Shown here in pieces: positions 49,693 to 62,300 of a stretch of 64,000 nt of DNA. Source of the DNA: Balanoglossus misakiensis. Its lineage: Eukaryota; Animalia; Hemichordata. A model generated the notes under the pieces. That model was not told where the DNA came from, ran no database searches, and saw only the letters and a list, made by a program, of their open reading frames with translations. Within the stretch, counting starts at the first letter, position 1. Every line of letters begins with the position of its first letter. The DNA is taken from assembly GCA_040954595.2 (NCBI GenBank), contig CM082595.2, positions 4,015,943 through 4,079,942 on the forward strand. The letters are read 5' to 3'. Both the position numbers and the translations under genes were made by a program.

Positions 49693-50929
49693 CAGCAAGA
49701 CATAATGCCATTGTGATATGCAAGTTACAAGACCACACCCTACCTGGCCACTTTATTTTTTTTATCACCCGCAAAATATGGTTCAAAAAGTCGAATTCCT
49801 CAGTGTATTAAATCGTAGTGTTGTTCCATGTATGAATTATATAGGTCGCGGTTTTTTTCCTTTTATAACATTTTATGGCGCTTTGGCCGTACCTGAGTTT
49901 GAAGGTGGGGCAATTAAACGATAAAGGATTGTCGAGTGGGACCAATGTCTCTGCCAGCACGTATCAAAGGGTTGTAATTCTTGTATCCTCAGTATGTCTG
50001 TATGATTACAAGTAAGAAATTCGTCCGCAAGTAGTTAAACGTCCAGTATTACGTCACATAGTTGTTGTTGTTGTTGTGGGATGGGAATATATTTTGATGT
50101 TTATTTTTACGTGTCTCATCGTCACGCAGGTACACAGTACCCCGAACGTCAGAACGCGCAACTAATCATTGGAGCCGTTATCTTCTTTTCCACGCATCGC
50201 TATCACCTGTCCCGTGAAACTAAACGCGAATGCTTCACCAAAATAGTTCTGCATCCGGTCGGTTCATGTTTCGCTCCCTGTCGTTGGCGATAAATCCTTG
50301 ACATCTCTGATGCAAGAGGCCTTGAAATTCCAAACACCCAGTCCGCACCTTTCGAACGAAATACTTGATCCAACCCTCGGACGAGGGCTAACATTTACAT
50401 ATGAATGCTGGGAAAATTCAGGCCACGCTATAAAAAGCTCCTGTTGACAAGAAGTCGAGATTCGTTTTCTTTTTATTGGCTGTCGGTCGACCTGTTCTGA
50501 TATTGTGTGTTTAATTAGCGCTGGGTATTGCGTATTGATTCCGGCTAGCAGTGGATTTTAATGGAATCGATTATAATTTGCATGTCTATCAACGCGATCG
50601 CACAGAGGTATTGAGTGAAAGGATTGTATCTGAGACACACTTGTTGGTCTCGCTCGGTAAAAAATCCTGAAGGAGGAGAAATTTATCCGTGGCTGACGAC
50701 AGTTTAGTCTTGAGTGGCCCACGATTGAGCTAAAGAATCCCTTCATGCGTGCCTGTCTTGTGAAAGGGGGACTGGGCGTAGGCCCTGCCATTAATCACCA
50801 CCCTACAATGGACTGCAAACATCAGCCGAGGACAAGCTCAGGTGAAAGTCTGTATTGACGTGTGTGGATTAATCGAGTGCGGACCCGTACAGCTTAGGGA
50901 GCGGTGAATTTGTCTTACCCCCGTTAGGA

Positions 50930-51002
50930 ATGGCTTTAAGGAAAACAGGAGCATCGCTTGTGATTTTTATTTTAAGTATTGCATGTACAAGACTAGTGTA
51001 CG
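50930..51002 (+). CDS. Candidate signal-peptide first coding exon of gene B
   Basis: MALRKTGASLVIFILSIACTRLVY then a phase-1 G/GTAAGT donor, compatible with the phase-1 acceptor at 56308; TATAAAA at about 50429. Confidence 0.6.
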
Positions 51003-54000
51003 GTAAGTTATACTATTTAACTTTTTTTTCTTGACTTTGGTTTGGTTTTGGTCGTACTAAGGGATTGACCTGTATTAAGCCAGCAATAGGGTACGTTCAG
51101 AATTAGTAACACTATTTCGCGTTATTCGAGAAAACATAAATTATTTACAACGTTCCAATAACGCTTTTCCGACTTGAACACCTGTCCCACGTCGTCATAA
51201 ACGCGATAGGTCCTAGCTGGGCTAGGATCTAACACGACATACTAGTATTTGCCTCGTTAAAGATTTTTTAAAAACTCTGACCTGTATAAGCATCTTCATT
51301 GTCGGGGGTTTTAAGCAATGTGCCCTATTAAGCTTGTAGGGTGTGGGCCGCGGGTCTCTCGCTCACGGACTGTTTTATTGGCTGATAAGTTCGGTCTCAT
51401 TGAGGGAATAAAATAACCGTTGTACACCGGTGCTGAAGTATAGCTGGCCAGAGTCGTTGATCTCAGTTTAAGGGGCTTTGAAAACAATGCTAGACAGTAC
51501 CGTTTTACAGTTAAGTTGCCTGTATGTGTCGTAAGAGGGTGACAGTGTCGCGTTTTGTTACTGTAAACCATTTCCACTGTCTATGTGTAAACCCATAAAG
51601 TCTTGTCGCAAACAGACACATGCTGTTAACGAGGCCGGACTGCGCATGGTTTTACTTGATAATTATTGAAATGTCACCCCATCTTTCACGCTGTAAAAGA
51701 ATAATGCACGGATGCGTGTCAGAGTAAAGCTTCTGACACTGTGTAAACCGCGCTGACAGAGACAGTCTGTCGGAAGCAGGTCGTCTTAGCAACCGACCAC
51801 TCAGGCTTTGAGCTGCTGAATAAATTACGTCGGCCATCTTAGGCTGCCACTCCTGGAGTGCTGGACACTAAAATATGAATGGAATGACATGACCGCGCAA
51901 GTATAGCATAGCATTTTCCCCGTTTCCCCGGCGAGAGGACAATTTGCCTGAATTCCGTTCTATTTTCACCTCGGAATATCAGGCCTATACTTGAGTGATT
52001 GGACCACCGCGCCCAGGTACAAAACGCTCCCTTCCCATTCTGCAAACAATTTTCCACTAAATTTATTGTCCACGAGGATTACTTCAAGTGAGACGCAATA
52101 AACCCGACCAACGGGAACCTGGTGTCCCGTAACATAGTTAAATGGTGTTAACATACGCTTAGGTAAATGTCTAAAAGGAAAAGTGAGAAAGGTGTGTACG
52201 TTCATAGACACATTTGAAACTGCGAGACAAATGGGTTCTGGGTCAGCAGGTTATGAAAATCTGACTCGAGTCACCCCAAACACCATTCATAGGTATAGAT
52301 CCTGAGGTATGTCTACTGTATATGAGCACAATCAGCTAGCGTAGGCCTATTGTACCATCGAATAATGTTGACTGTTTTCTGTGTCACGACTGCACGGGTA
52401 ATAATGCAGGCGATTTTCTGAAGATCAAAACCACAGGAATTAGTACGAACTGGACACACTAATACGACAGTTTGTTATTGCGATAGGTGAAAATACCCAC
52501 GCGATGACAAAAACAGCAAAAATGCCAAAAATGTGGTCAACACACGAATATGACGTCGGTGCTGGTAACGCCCTTGTGATTTGCCCCAGTGTGTTCACAC
52601 GCACATATGTAAGGCCTGAGAGCCTGAGGTAACGGAAACGTCCTTCGCGGTAAGGGCGTTTTATGACGTACAGTAGATAACAAGAAAAAAAGCAAAACAA
52701 AAACAGTTACGCGTGTATTTATTCACGTTTCCAAAGAAGACTGCAAACAATAACGGTATTTACACAGTTTACAGGTTCATTGCCCTGATCAGATAACACC
52801 TGAAAATGGCGAATGCGTAAATTACTTGGATGGGGACATGCAGTTCTTGTCATGGTAACGCAACACCAGTCATATCTATAGCAATTTGCGATGGCAGAAG
52901 TTTGAAGTTTTAATGGTTGATATTTTACAGTCCATAGGCGTGCCCGAACTAATATGGGAGACTTTGCCCCGATTTTTATAGCGCCAGTGTGGTTTAATCA
53001 CTGTCAGACCCAAAATCTAATGGGTGTATCTGCGTTATACTAGATTTCAAGTTTTACTAGTTTCAGAGACTGACAAAATCGGTGAAGCTCATATACTTTT
53101 AAGTGTGTGGACACAAGGCTCGCCAATGGGCGACGTGACCAGTATATAGTAACGCTCTTCGAGATGACCTGGATCTTTTGTGCAGACGACAGCACACCCG
53201 TCCGTCGCATTCCATCGTGAACAATATGTTCCCATTGGTGGGTGGGTTCTGGCGCGATAGATGTAAATGCAAAAGGCAAATACCTGCGTTGAATATGCTT
53301 CACTCCCCCACCCGAGAAATCAAACAGTTCTCCCCCCTGACAAAACGATACCAGTCACTGTAACTGCCCTTGTCAAAACACAGGCTCACGAATGCACTGA
53401 AACCTTCACCAGAATAGACCATTTTCCTAACTCCACGAGCCTCTGCGATATCTCGCGTGACTAGGCAGTTTAAACGGGAGTGTACTGGCCGTCACGTGAA
53501 CCGCTAGCCATCCCACGGAAGCACTAGTTCGCCATGCATTCACGAAAACGACAGTGTCGATGGCTGCCTGCCAAAATTCACGAACTCGATCAATAACTAC
53601 AGACACTATGATATCTTCCTCACAGGCATTGAGAGTTCGCATGCACTGACTGTGTTTTGTGAGATGTGGGTTAGGGGCAGTATTTTTCTCTGTCGTACGG
53701 TCTGAACCAAAACCGTGATATACATGACGTAATACAATACTGCTTACCATAACCCGTCGCACCAAATGCGAAATACAAAAATAACATAACGAACGCTTCA
53801 TTAATCTTCTCTCATGTCTTCATATTTTTAATTATATTGAAAAGGTTTCCCCGAGAGAGGTCTGGATTAATTGCTATACATAAATGAGTTTCACGGTTCA
53901 TTGTGGAGAGATCACTGAAACACAATTAGAAGCACGCTCCAACACCAGGACTGACGTCATTCGTGTATTTGAATTAGATGCACGGACCTCTGGCAAAAAG

Positions 54001-56002
54001 ACAAAGAAATGGTTGTTGTTTCGGAAAGAGTAAGCAAAGGTGCCCCTCACGATGCACCATAGACAGTAGATGTACCTGTCGCATACCAACTGAATCTCTG
54101 CGTCAAAATAGACAGCAATCGCAGCCTGGCCATTTGTCTAAAGGGTTACATCGCGTTTGTTTACAAGCTACCGAAAAAGCGTTTGAATGTACAAACAAGC
54201 ATTTGACGGTCGCGTTCGTTTTTAGGGGCTTGGGTGAATCGGCTGTGAACTCGGGTACCGTGGGCGTGTGCACGGTGACGTGTACCGGGTCAGGGTCTAT
54301 TCCACACTGTGGTGGAGAAACATTTCAATGGCCTCTTATTGTAGTGTACAGAAGATCACATACTTTCCTTTCACCGTTCAATACCGTGGTGTTGTCATGA
54401 AGTTCCAACTACAGGGTCAAACACAAGGGAAGATCGTGTGATTGTAACCTCTTTGTCTGATCTGTTTTGACACATAGAAATCTAGTTGCATTTATTACCA
54501 TCCCGCATCCCAATCACCTTCGGCGAGTTCGGAACACTTACTGAGCAGACGGTTGAATAACTGTACTCAGGAGGTCGGTTAGAACCCGCGGGAAATTTCT
54601 TCATCTACGGTGTAAATATTAAGATAACTTAGCTGAAAGGCGCCAACTATATCACCCCTATCGACCCGTATACTTTATCGGTACTGGTGTCAAGATAAAC
54701 AAAGCTAGCGCATGGGAGATTAGCGGTAACTCTCACTCTCCCCGCGAGCGTTTCTTTCTCTGGCTCAGTACAAATGAGTAAACCCCCTTCTTTCATACTT
54801 AGTCTAGATCTCCCTTCAAACAAAAACACGGAAGAATTTCATGCCAATCTCAGGTGACTTGCGCATGGGTGTTCTGGTTTAGTCTAGAATTAGTCGTGCG
54901 CATAGTTGAACAAGGGTAGAGACCTTCTGGGTGTTGACAGTGGGCGCATGCTAAATCGAGCGTGGTGGAAACGCAAGGGCGTGGCCTGTTCACTGCACGT
55001 TGAGTACTGGTCGGGAATCCCCAGTGCAAGGGATCTTGGCAACGTTCAGTGTATGTTGACCCGCCAGCTTGCCGGCAGATATGTCGTCAGTTACACCGGC
55101 ACACCGAACACTAACGCCGAGGGATTCGATTAGTCAGTGGCGACCTCGCTGTAATATGTTTTAGTGGGGAGGGGAGGCAGACTGCGATTAATGGGTCACA
55201 TTCATTTGTTTCCAACCAGTGACCCTACTGGTAGATTCCTATTGAAAAGAGCGTTCTGCGACGCTCACCAAGCCAACCAAGCGATCAATACTCCGACCCG
55301 AGTTCAGAAAACAAGTACCTAGCCCCTTTAGGGCTATACACGGGCCAAGCTGGGACTGTCCCCGTCAAACAAATCCAATTTCACCATATGCCACTGTCTG
55401 AAATAGAGATCCTCGTGCATGTATGCTGGCGTGCCTCTGATGGGTTTGGTGTTTGCTATGAGACATCACGCCCACCATTGACAAAGCCAACTGACGGAGC
55501 GGAGATACACTCATGTTAGGCCAGCTGTTGACCATGCCACACCAGGACGAGAGTATCGGGGGTGGGGTGGGGGGGGGGTGTCAATAAATCTTTTTGGGCG
55601 AGACCATGAAAAGACTACACGGGAGAAACCAGCGCGCACTGATATGATTCTGGTCACGTCACAGCGAAGGCTACAAGGGAGTGGCGCGCACCTGACTTCC
55701 AAAGTTCACATTCCGTCGATGTTTCCTTTGCAACGTTCGACGTCACAGCCGATTCAGCTGTCATTCACAGTCGTTGCTCACTGCATCGTGTAGGTGACGC
55801 TGAACACGAAACATCAGTAGAACCATCCGTGTAGCTCTTTTGTATGGACCTGGTTGTTAGACAAAACCAAAGACCTTGGGAAAACGTTGTCGTTGGTGCA
55901 ACGCCCCACTTTAAACATAAACAAACACAAGGTGTAGTACAAGGCGTGAGGAATACATGTACCACCCTTGCCATATCCTACTGCTGTTCCTACGATTCGA
56001 AC

Positions 56003-56086
56003 TTTCAACCTGTCACCCCCAGAGGTCCAATCTCTTACCACAGAAAACAATGGGTTTGGACTGAACCATGGTTGTGAAAGGGTTAA
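56003..56086. mobile_element. Third copy of the piggyBac-like mini element
   Basis: TTCAACCTGTCACCCCCAG...AGAAAACAATGGGTTTGGACTGAACCATGGTTGTGAAAGGGTTAA. Confidence 0.65.
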
Positions 56087-56307
56087 GCTTAATTGCAACG
56101 ATGCCATGATGCAAATTACTAATGATCTGATTCATGGGGGGGGGGGGGGGCATATTTACTTGAAATTAGTCGTGTTTCCCCTGCAGTATATACGCCTCGC
56201 CCGAGTGATTGATTGTGCTTTGCGCTCAGCACCATTTAATCTAATAGTTTACATTATAAATGCGACATTGACTCATGCGCCCTCTCTTTGTTGAATTTTC
56301 TTTTCAG

Positions 56308-59300
56308 GAGGTTGTGTTTTGCCAGATTTTCCTACAAATGTGACTTGTTACGTCAAAGATTCAGAAACATGCGACAGTACCACCATCGGTGAGGGCACCG
56401 ATCTTGCAAACAGCGCTCAATTTGATGTCGTGTGTGACGATGGTTTTCTTCGGCAATATAGCGCTGGTTACGTTTGTGTTTACGTTGGTCCACCTGGTTT
56501 CGTAATCAGTCCATCTTTAGGCGACGACGCCTGTCAACGTAAGTCAGTAAATTCTCAACGCCAGCAATTACATTAAATTAAAACAAATCTATGGATGAGG
56601 TGTAGAAGATATCTAAGCTTATTATGGTACACGTAGACCAGTATTTGAAATATATGTCAATTTCCAAGAACAATGTAGCTGCAATAGTGTAGTCGATTTG
56701 CTGTTAGTGAACTAGATGGTACAATCTTACCGGACCTAATGCTATAATTGTGTCATGATTAAATTCTGATCTCTTTCACACATCTCTAACCACACAAATA
56801 AAATCAACGTTTTCTTTTTTTTTTATTTTAGCTGCCTGTGCGGACCCTGGCCACCCGCACCTTGGTAGTCGGTCACCAGACCCAACAAATAACGGTTACT
56901 ACGCTGAAGGAGATGTTGTGGATTTTGAGTGCGATGATGGCACAACTCAGTCAGGTTACACGTCACTGACGTGTCAATCAAACGGCGGTTGGTACCATGG
57001 TGCTGATCTGGTACCGGACAGTGAACTCCCTCCCGACACGTGTTTCCGTAAGTTGTATCAATGCGCTATCATACTTAGATTTTTCATTATTTCACCTACC
57101 CAAAATCAAAATGCTACCTGCTTCCCTCAACAACCAACATTTATTCAGATTAAGCATATATGACAGTTTTTATTTTATTGTTAACGTTGATGATTGCACA
57201 TTTCCAGTAAATTCAAATGTTCCTCTCTCCGGCGCTTCCTCATACGCTTATATAACAATTATATATGCATTTGGCCAATTTTATACACGATTCACATGCC
57301 TAATGCCATACACATAATCATATTTTGTCCACTTGTCTGGAGTACTAAAACTAACAGATGATGACGTGGGCAAATCTTATAGTAGAACCTGAGAAGGACT
57401 TGGTCATCTTCATTTTAAATCTAATTCTATTGCTAACCCCCCCCCCCCCCGACAGAAAACTGCCCGGACCCAGGAACTCCGGAGGATGGACGGAGACTCT
57501 CAAATGACACAAACCACGGCGATAGCATCACGTTTGAATGTGACCAAGGCTTAAACTTGATCGGGGCAGAAACAATTACATGTTACAACGGGACGTGGAG
57601 TGATGTAACACCAAGGTGTGCAAGTAAGTGATCTTCTCTTCACAACCGGACTGCAATGTTATGCTTTATGCCCACGATTTCATCACTAGGTGTTTTACAA
57701 TGACTTCACATGTGACCGATGCTCTTGTATTTTCATTTCGCCAGGTGTCCTTATTAGTGGCGTGACATTGTCTATTACCCAGGAGGCAATTTACGCTGGT
57801 CAGTCAAACACAATTTCGTTTTTGACGGGTGTGACCAGCAGCTCTTTGGGAGCAGGTTTAACCGGTACAGACCTGTGGGAGCTTAATGTATTCTTAAGGT
57901 ACGAAACGACGGAAACGACAAAAGTTAAAGCAGACATCTCGCAAGAGGATGCAGATAAAGACCTTCCTTCTGGTGGAATGATACAGATTACTGCAACAAA
58001 CCATGTAGTCGACCTGACTCTTATTAAGTGCACAGGCTTCTTACAACTGTGTGTTACTATAAGCTCACCAAAGTCCAGACTGCACGGAGTTCCAGATGAC
58101 AGCTACCTGACAGTATGTGTCCTGATCATATGTGGTAAGTATTATACCATACTCTAAAGAAGTTGGTGACTTGTTTGGTAGATAGTAAAATAGCGGATAC
58201 ACGATGAAAGCTTTACCATTATAATGCTGAGATTTTGCATTATTATGATAGGTAGACGTTTTATAACATTACACATCATCGAGTTTATTAACCATACATA
58301 CTGTTTAAAGGTAAATTATTGCGTTCAATCTATCGACATGTCTAGTCTATGCCAAATACCATTGAATCAAGGGTGATGGGCAGGCCATCTAATCACATAA
58401 TTATTTCATTTATCTACTTCTAAGAATGTATTTGGTGGCCAGAAACCCCTAAAGACAACGTTGAGGAGAAATGGCCAAGAACATTTCCGATTGAAGTTGG
58501 TAAAAGTGTTGAATTAACATGTAATGGCACCGGATCAGCCAATGGCAGAACTCTGTTCGGAGGTAATGCAACAGAGTGTCAAGGAGATGGAACATGGCTA
58601 CCTGCAATCGGGGATTTCTCGTGTTGGGGTGAGTGTACAGCGTGCAAAATGACCCTATTTGTATGTATAATTTGCATGTATATATGTATAACAATTTCTG
58701 GTTGTCATTATAACCCAATCCGCAAACGACTGTGTACATGCTATAGGTAGAAACCATGCTGATGAAACCATGCTGATGAGCGCTACGCTGAATGGGAATT
58801 TTGCAACTTAAACGTATATGTACATTGTTGCTTGCAAATAAACCCAATTAATTTGCAAACACAGCTAACAATTTCTGGTTGTCATTGTCAACCATAACGC
58901 AACGGACTCTCTACTTGCAGTTGTTAGAAACCACTGCTGTATGTAAAGAATTTCTGGTCGGGTGACAGTACTTGTTATTTTCATTTCAAACTATTGGTTT
59001 GAAAACTGTGCGTTTTCCATTACAGAAAACTGTCCCAACCCTGGTGTTCTTAAGAATGGTAGTGTAACATGTCAAGATCCAACTCGCTGCTTTGCTCCCT
59101 TTTACACCATAACGCTTTCCTGTGATGAGAATTTTGAACTTATCGATGGCGTGGCTGAGTACACATGTCAGTATGACGGTACATGGAATCCAAACATTGA
59201 TCTTGGGAGTGATCAACCCAGATGCCAAGGTCAGTCATTGGAAAACATAAACATAAACAAGAGTAAATGTAATATAGAGAATTGCATCTGTCTCTATACA

Positions 59301-62300
59301 TGTACAATCAATTTGACCACGTTTTATTGCTTATGTTTTCCGCCTATGTAAGTAGCATTAACCGCAGTTCATCATGTTGAACAGAAGTCAAATATTACGA
59401 TTTCTGTTGCAGGGTATTGTCCAGCGATTGATACTCCAACAAACGGACAAGCGTCGTCAGCTGACCCAGAATTACCAGGAACGACAGTAACATTTACATG
59501 TGACGAGTCGTATACGATGTTTGGATCCTCATCAACGATTTGTCAAGAAGATTTAACATGGCAGCCTGACCTTCCTGTATGCTACGGTTAGTGCTTAAGT
59601 GATCTGGATACTTTTGTCCTACTTTACTTTGTCACATCAGAAGGTAGAATCAACATAAATTGTAGTGTATTCATTTGCGTTTAAGAAAAAAGTTTCCCGT
59701 GCCTCAGAATGATGTCATAAAACAAATGCTACTTTGTGCTATCTTGAGATAAATAGAACGCATCCTCCTGCAGTTAAGTACGACAAAATCTTCGGTAATA
59801 AGTGGGTCATCCACTGTAAGTAGCCTATCGGAAGAAACTATAAATGCACACATTCGATAAAAAAATTATAATAACAAGAAACTGATAACATTCTGTTCCC
59901 AATTTCACGTTGTTTAGGATCATAAAAACCGTCCCTCTTATTTCGCATCGTACAAGACGTTCAAGATTGTGGTCCATGGATTGACGCTGTCCTTTTTCCT
60001 CAAGGAATGGGGTTATCAGAATAATGTACAATGTAGCAACTTCTGATAATGCTTATTGTTCATTGTAGGCAACTGCTTTGCTGACGACACGACAGGCTTG
60101 ATATACATGGATGGGGAAGAAATCAAGGATGAATTCATACATAATGAAATCGCCATATTATCATGTCCCGAAGGTCAGTCGTTGATAGGTGATAACTCTT
60201 TGCAGTGCTTCAATGGAACTTGGGAATACGAAGACGTTGAACCTAACTGTGAAGGTAGGTATGCGAATACCCACTTCGAAAAATTGTCATTACTGCATTT
60301 AGAGACCTGGTACATAATTGAGTTTTGAAGTTGAAACACCCCGTTGCTTTACAACGGAACAAAGCATCTGTACCGTCGCACATACAATAGGATACTTAAA
60401 CTACTGGGCCAATATTTTGTTCAAACTTCACAATTATGTGAGGTCGCTACCGACCTGATAAGAGCAGACAATTTGTGGTTGAAATTGGCGGAGACTAGCC
60501 AAGATTCCACACCCGCCATGCAGAACAATTGAACATTTTGTGCCAAGGTATTCACAAATTGTTTAACACTAAACATTTTCCCATTTCCCCCCAAACAGCT
60601 AAAACTACAATAGCACCTACAACTACGAGCCCAACAACACAGCATCATACAAGTAAGGGTGTAACCACAGGAGAGGTGACAATTATTCAAACTACAACTG
60701 CGCGAACAACAGAACCGCTTACCACAAGTCCAGAAGCGACCACAGGGGGTACAACATCTGAAAAACTTACAACATTGCCTACAACTACAGGTGCGAAAAC
60801 ACAAGTTGTTTCAAGTAATATTGTGTATACTGAACTCGTCACAACCATTGATAAAACAACTGGACAAAGTACACAGCCACCTACAACAAGCCCAGAAGTG
60901 ACCACTGGAGGTACATCTGCAGAAACTACAGCGTCGCCAATAAGTACAGGTGCAACAACACAAGTTGCTACTAGTGACGTTGTGACCACTGCAGCTGACA
61001 CAACCATTGCTAAAACAACTGCAAAAACTACACAGCCACCTACAACACTCCCAGAAGCGACCACTGGGGGTACAACATCTGCAAAAACTACAACATCGCC
61101 TACAACTTCAGGTGCAACAACACAAGTTGCTACAAGTGACGTTGTGACCACTGTAGCCGACACAACTATTGGTAAAACAACTGCAAAAACCACACAGCCA
61201 CCTACAACACTCCATGAAACGACCACTGGGGGTACAACATCTGCAAAAACTACAACATCGCCTACAACTTCAGGTGCAACAACACAAGTTGCTACAAGTG
61301 ACGTTGTGACCACTGCAGCCGACACAACCATTGGTAAAACTACTGCAAAAACCACACAGTCACCTACAACACTCCATGAAACGACCACTGGCGGTACAAC
61401 ATCTGCAAAAACTACAACATCGCCTACAACTTCAGGTGCAACAACACAAGTTGCTACAAGTGACGTTGTGACCACTGTAGCCGACACAACTATTGGTAAA
61501 ACAACTGCAAAAACCACACAGCCACCTACAACACTCCATGAAACGACCACTGGGGGTACAACATCTGCAAAAACTACAACATCGCCTACAACTTCAGGTG
61601 CAACAACACAAGTTGCTACAAGTGACGTTGTGACCACTGCAGCCGACACAACCATTGGTAAAACTACTGTAAAAACCACACAGCCACCTACAACACTCCA
61701 TGAAACGACCACTGGGGGTACAACATCTGCAAAAACTACAACATCGCCTACAACTTCAGGTGCAACAACACAAGTTGCTACAAGTGACGTTGTGACCACT
61801 GTAGCCGACACAACTATTGGTAAAACAACTGCAAAAACCACACAGCCACCTACAACACTCCATGAAACGACCACTGGGGGTACAACATCTGCAAAAACTA
61901 CAACATCGCCTACAACTTCAGGTGCAACAACACAAGTTGCTACAAGTGACGTTGTGACCACTGCAGCCGACACAACCAATGGTAAAACTACTGCAAAAAC
62001 CACACAGCCACCTACAACACTCCATGAAACGACCACTGGGGGTACAACATCTGCAAAAACTACAACATCGCCTACAACTTCAGGTGCAACAACACAAGTT
62101 GCTACAAGTGACGTTGTGACCACTGTAGCCGACACAACTATTGGTAAAACAACTGCAAAAACCACACAGCCACCTACAACACTCCATGAAACGACCACCG
62201 GGGGTACAACATCTGCAAAAACTACAACATCGCCTACAACTTCAGGTGCAACAACACAAGTTGCTACAAGTGACGTTGTGACCACTGCAGCCGACACAAC

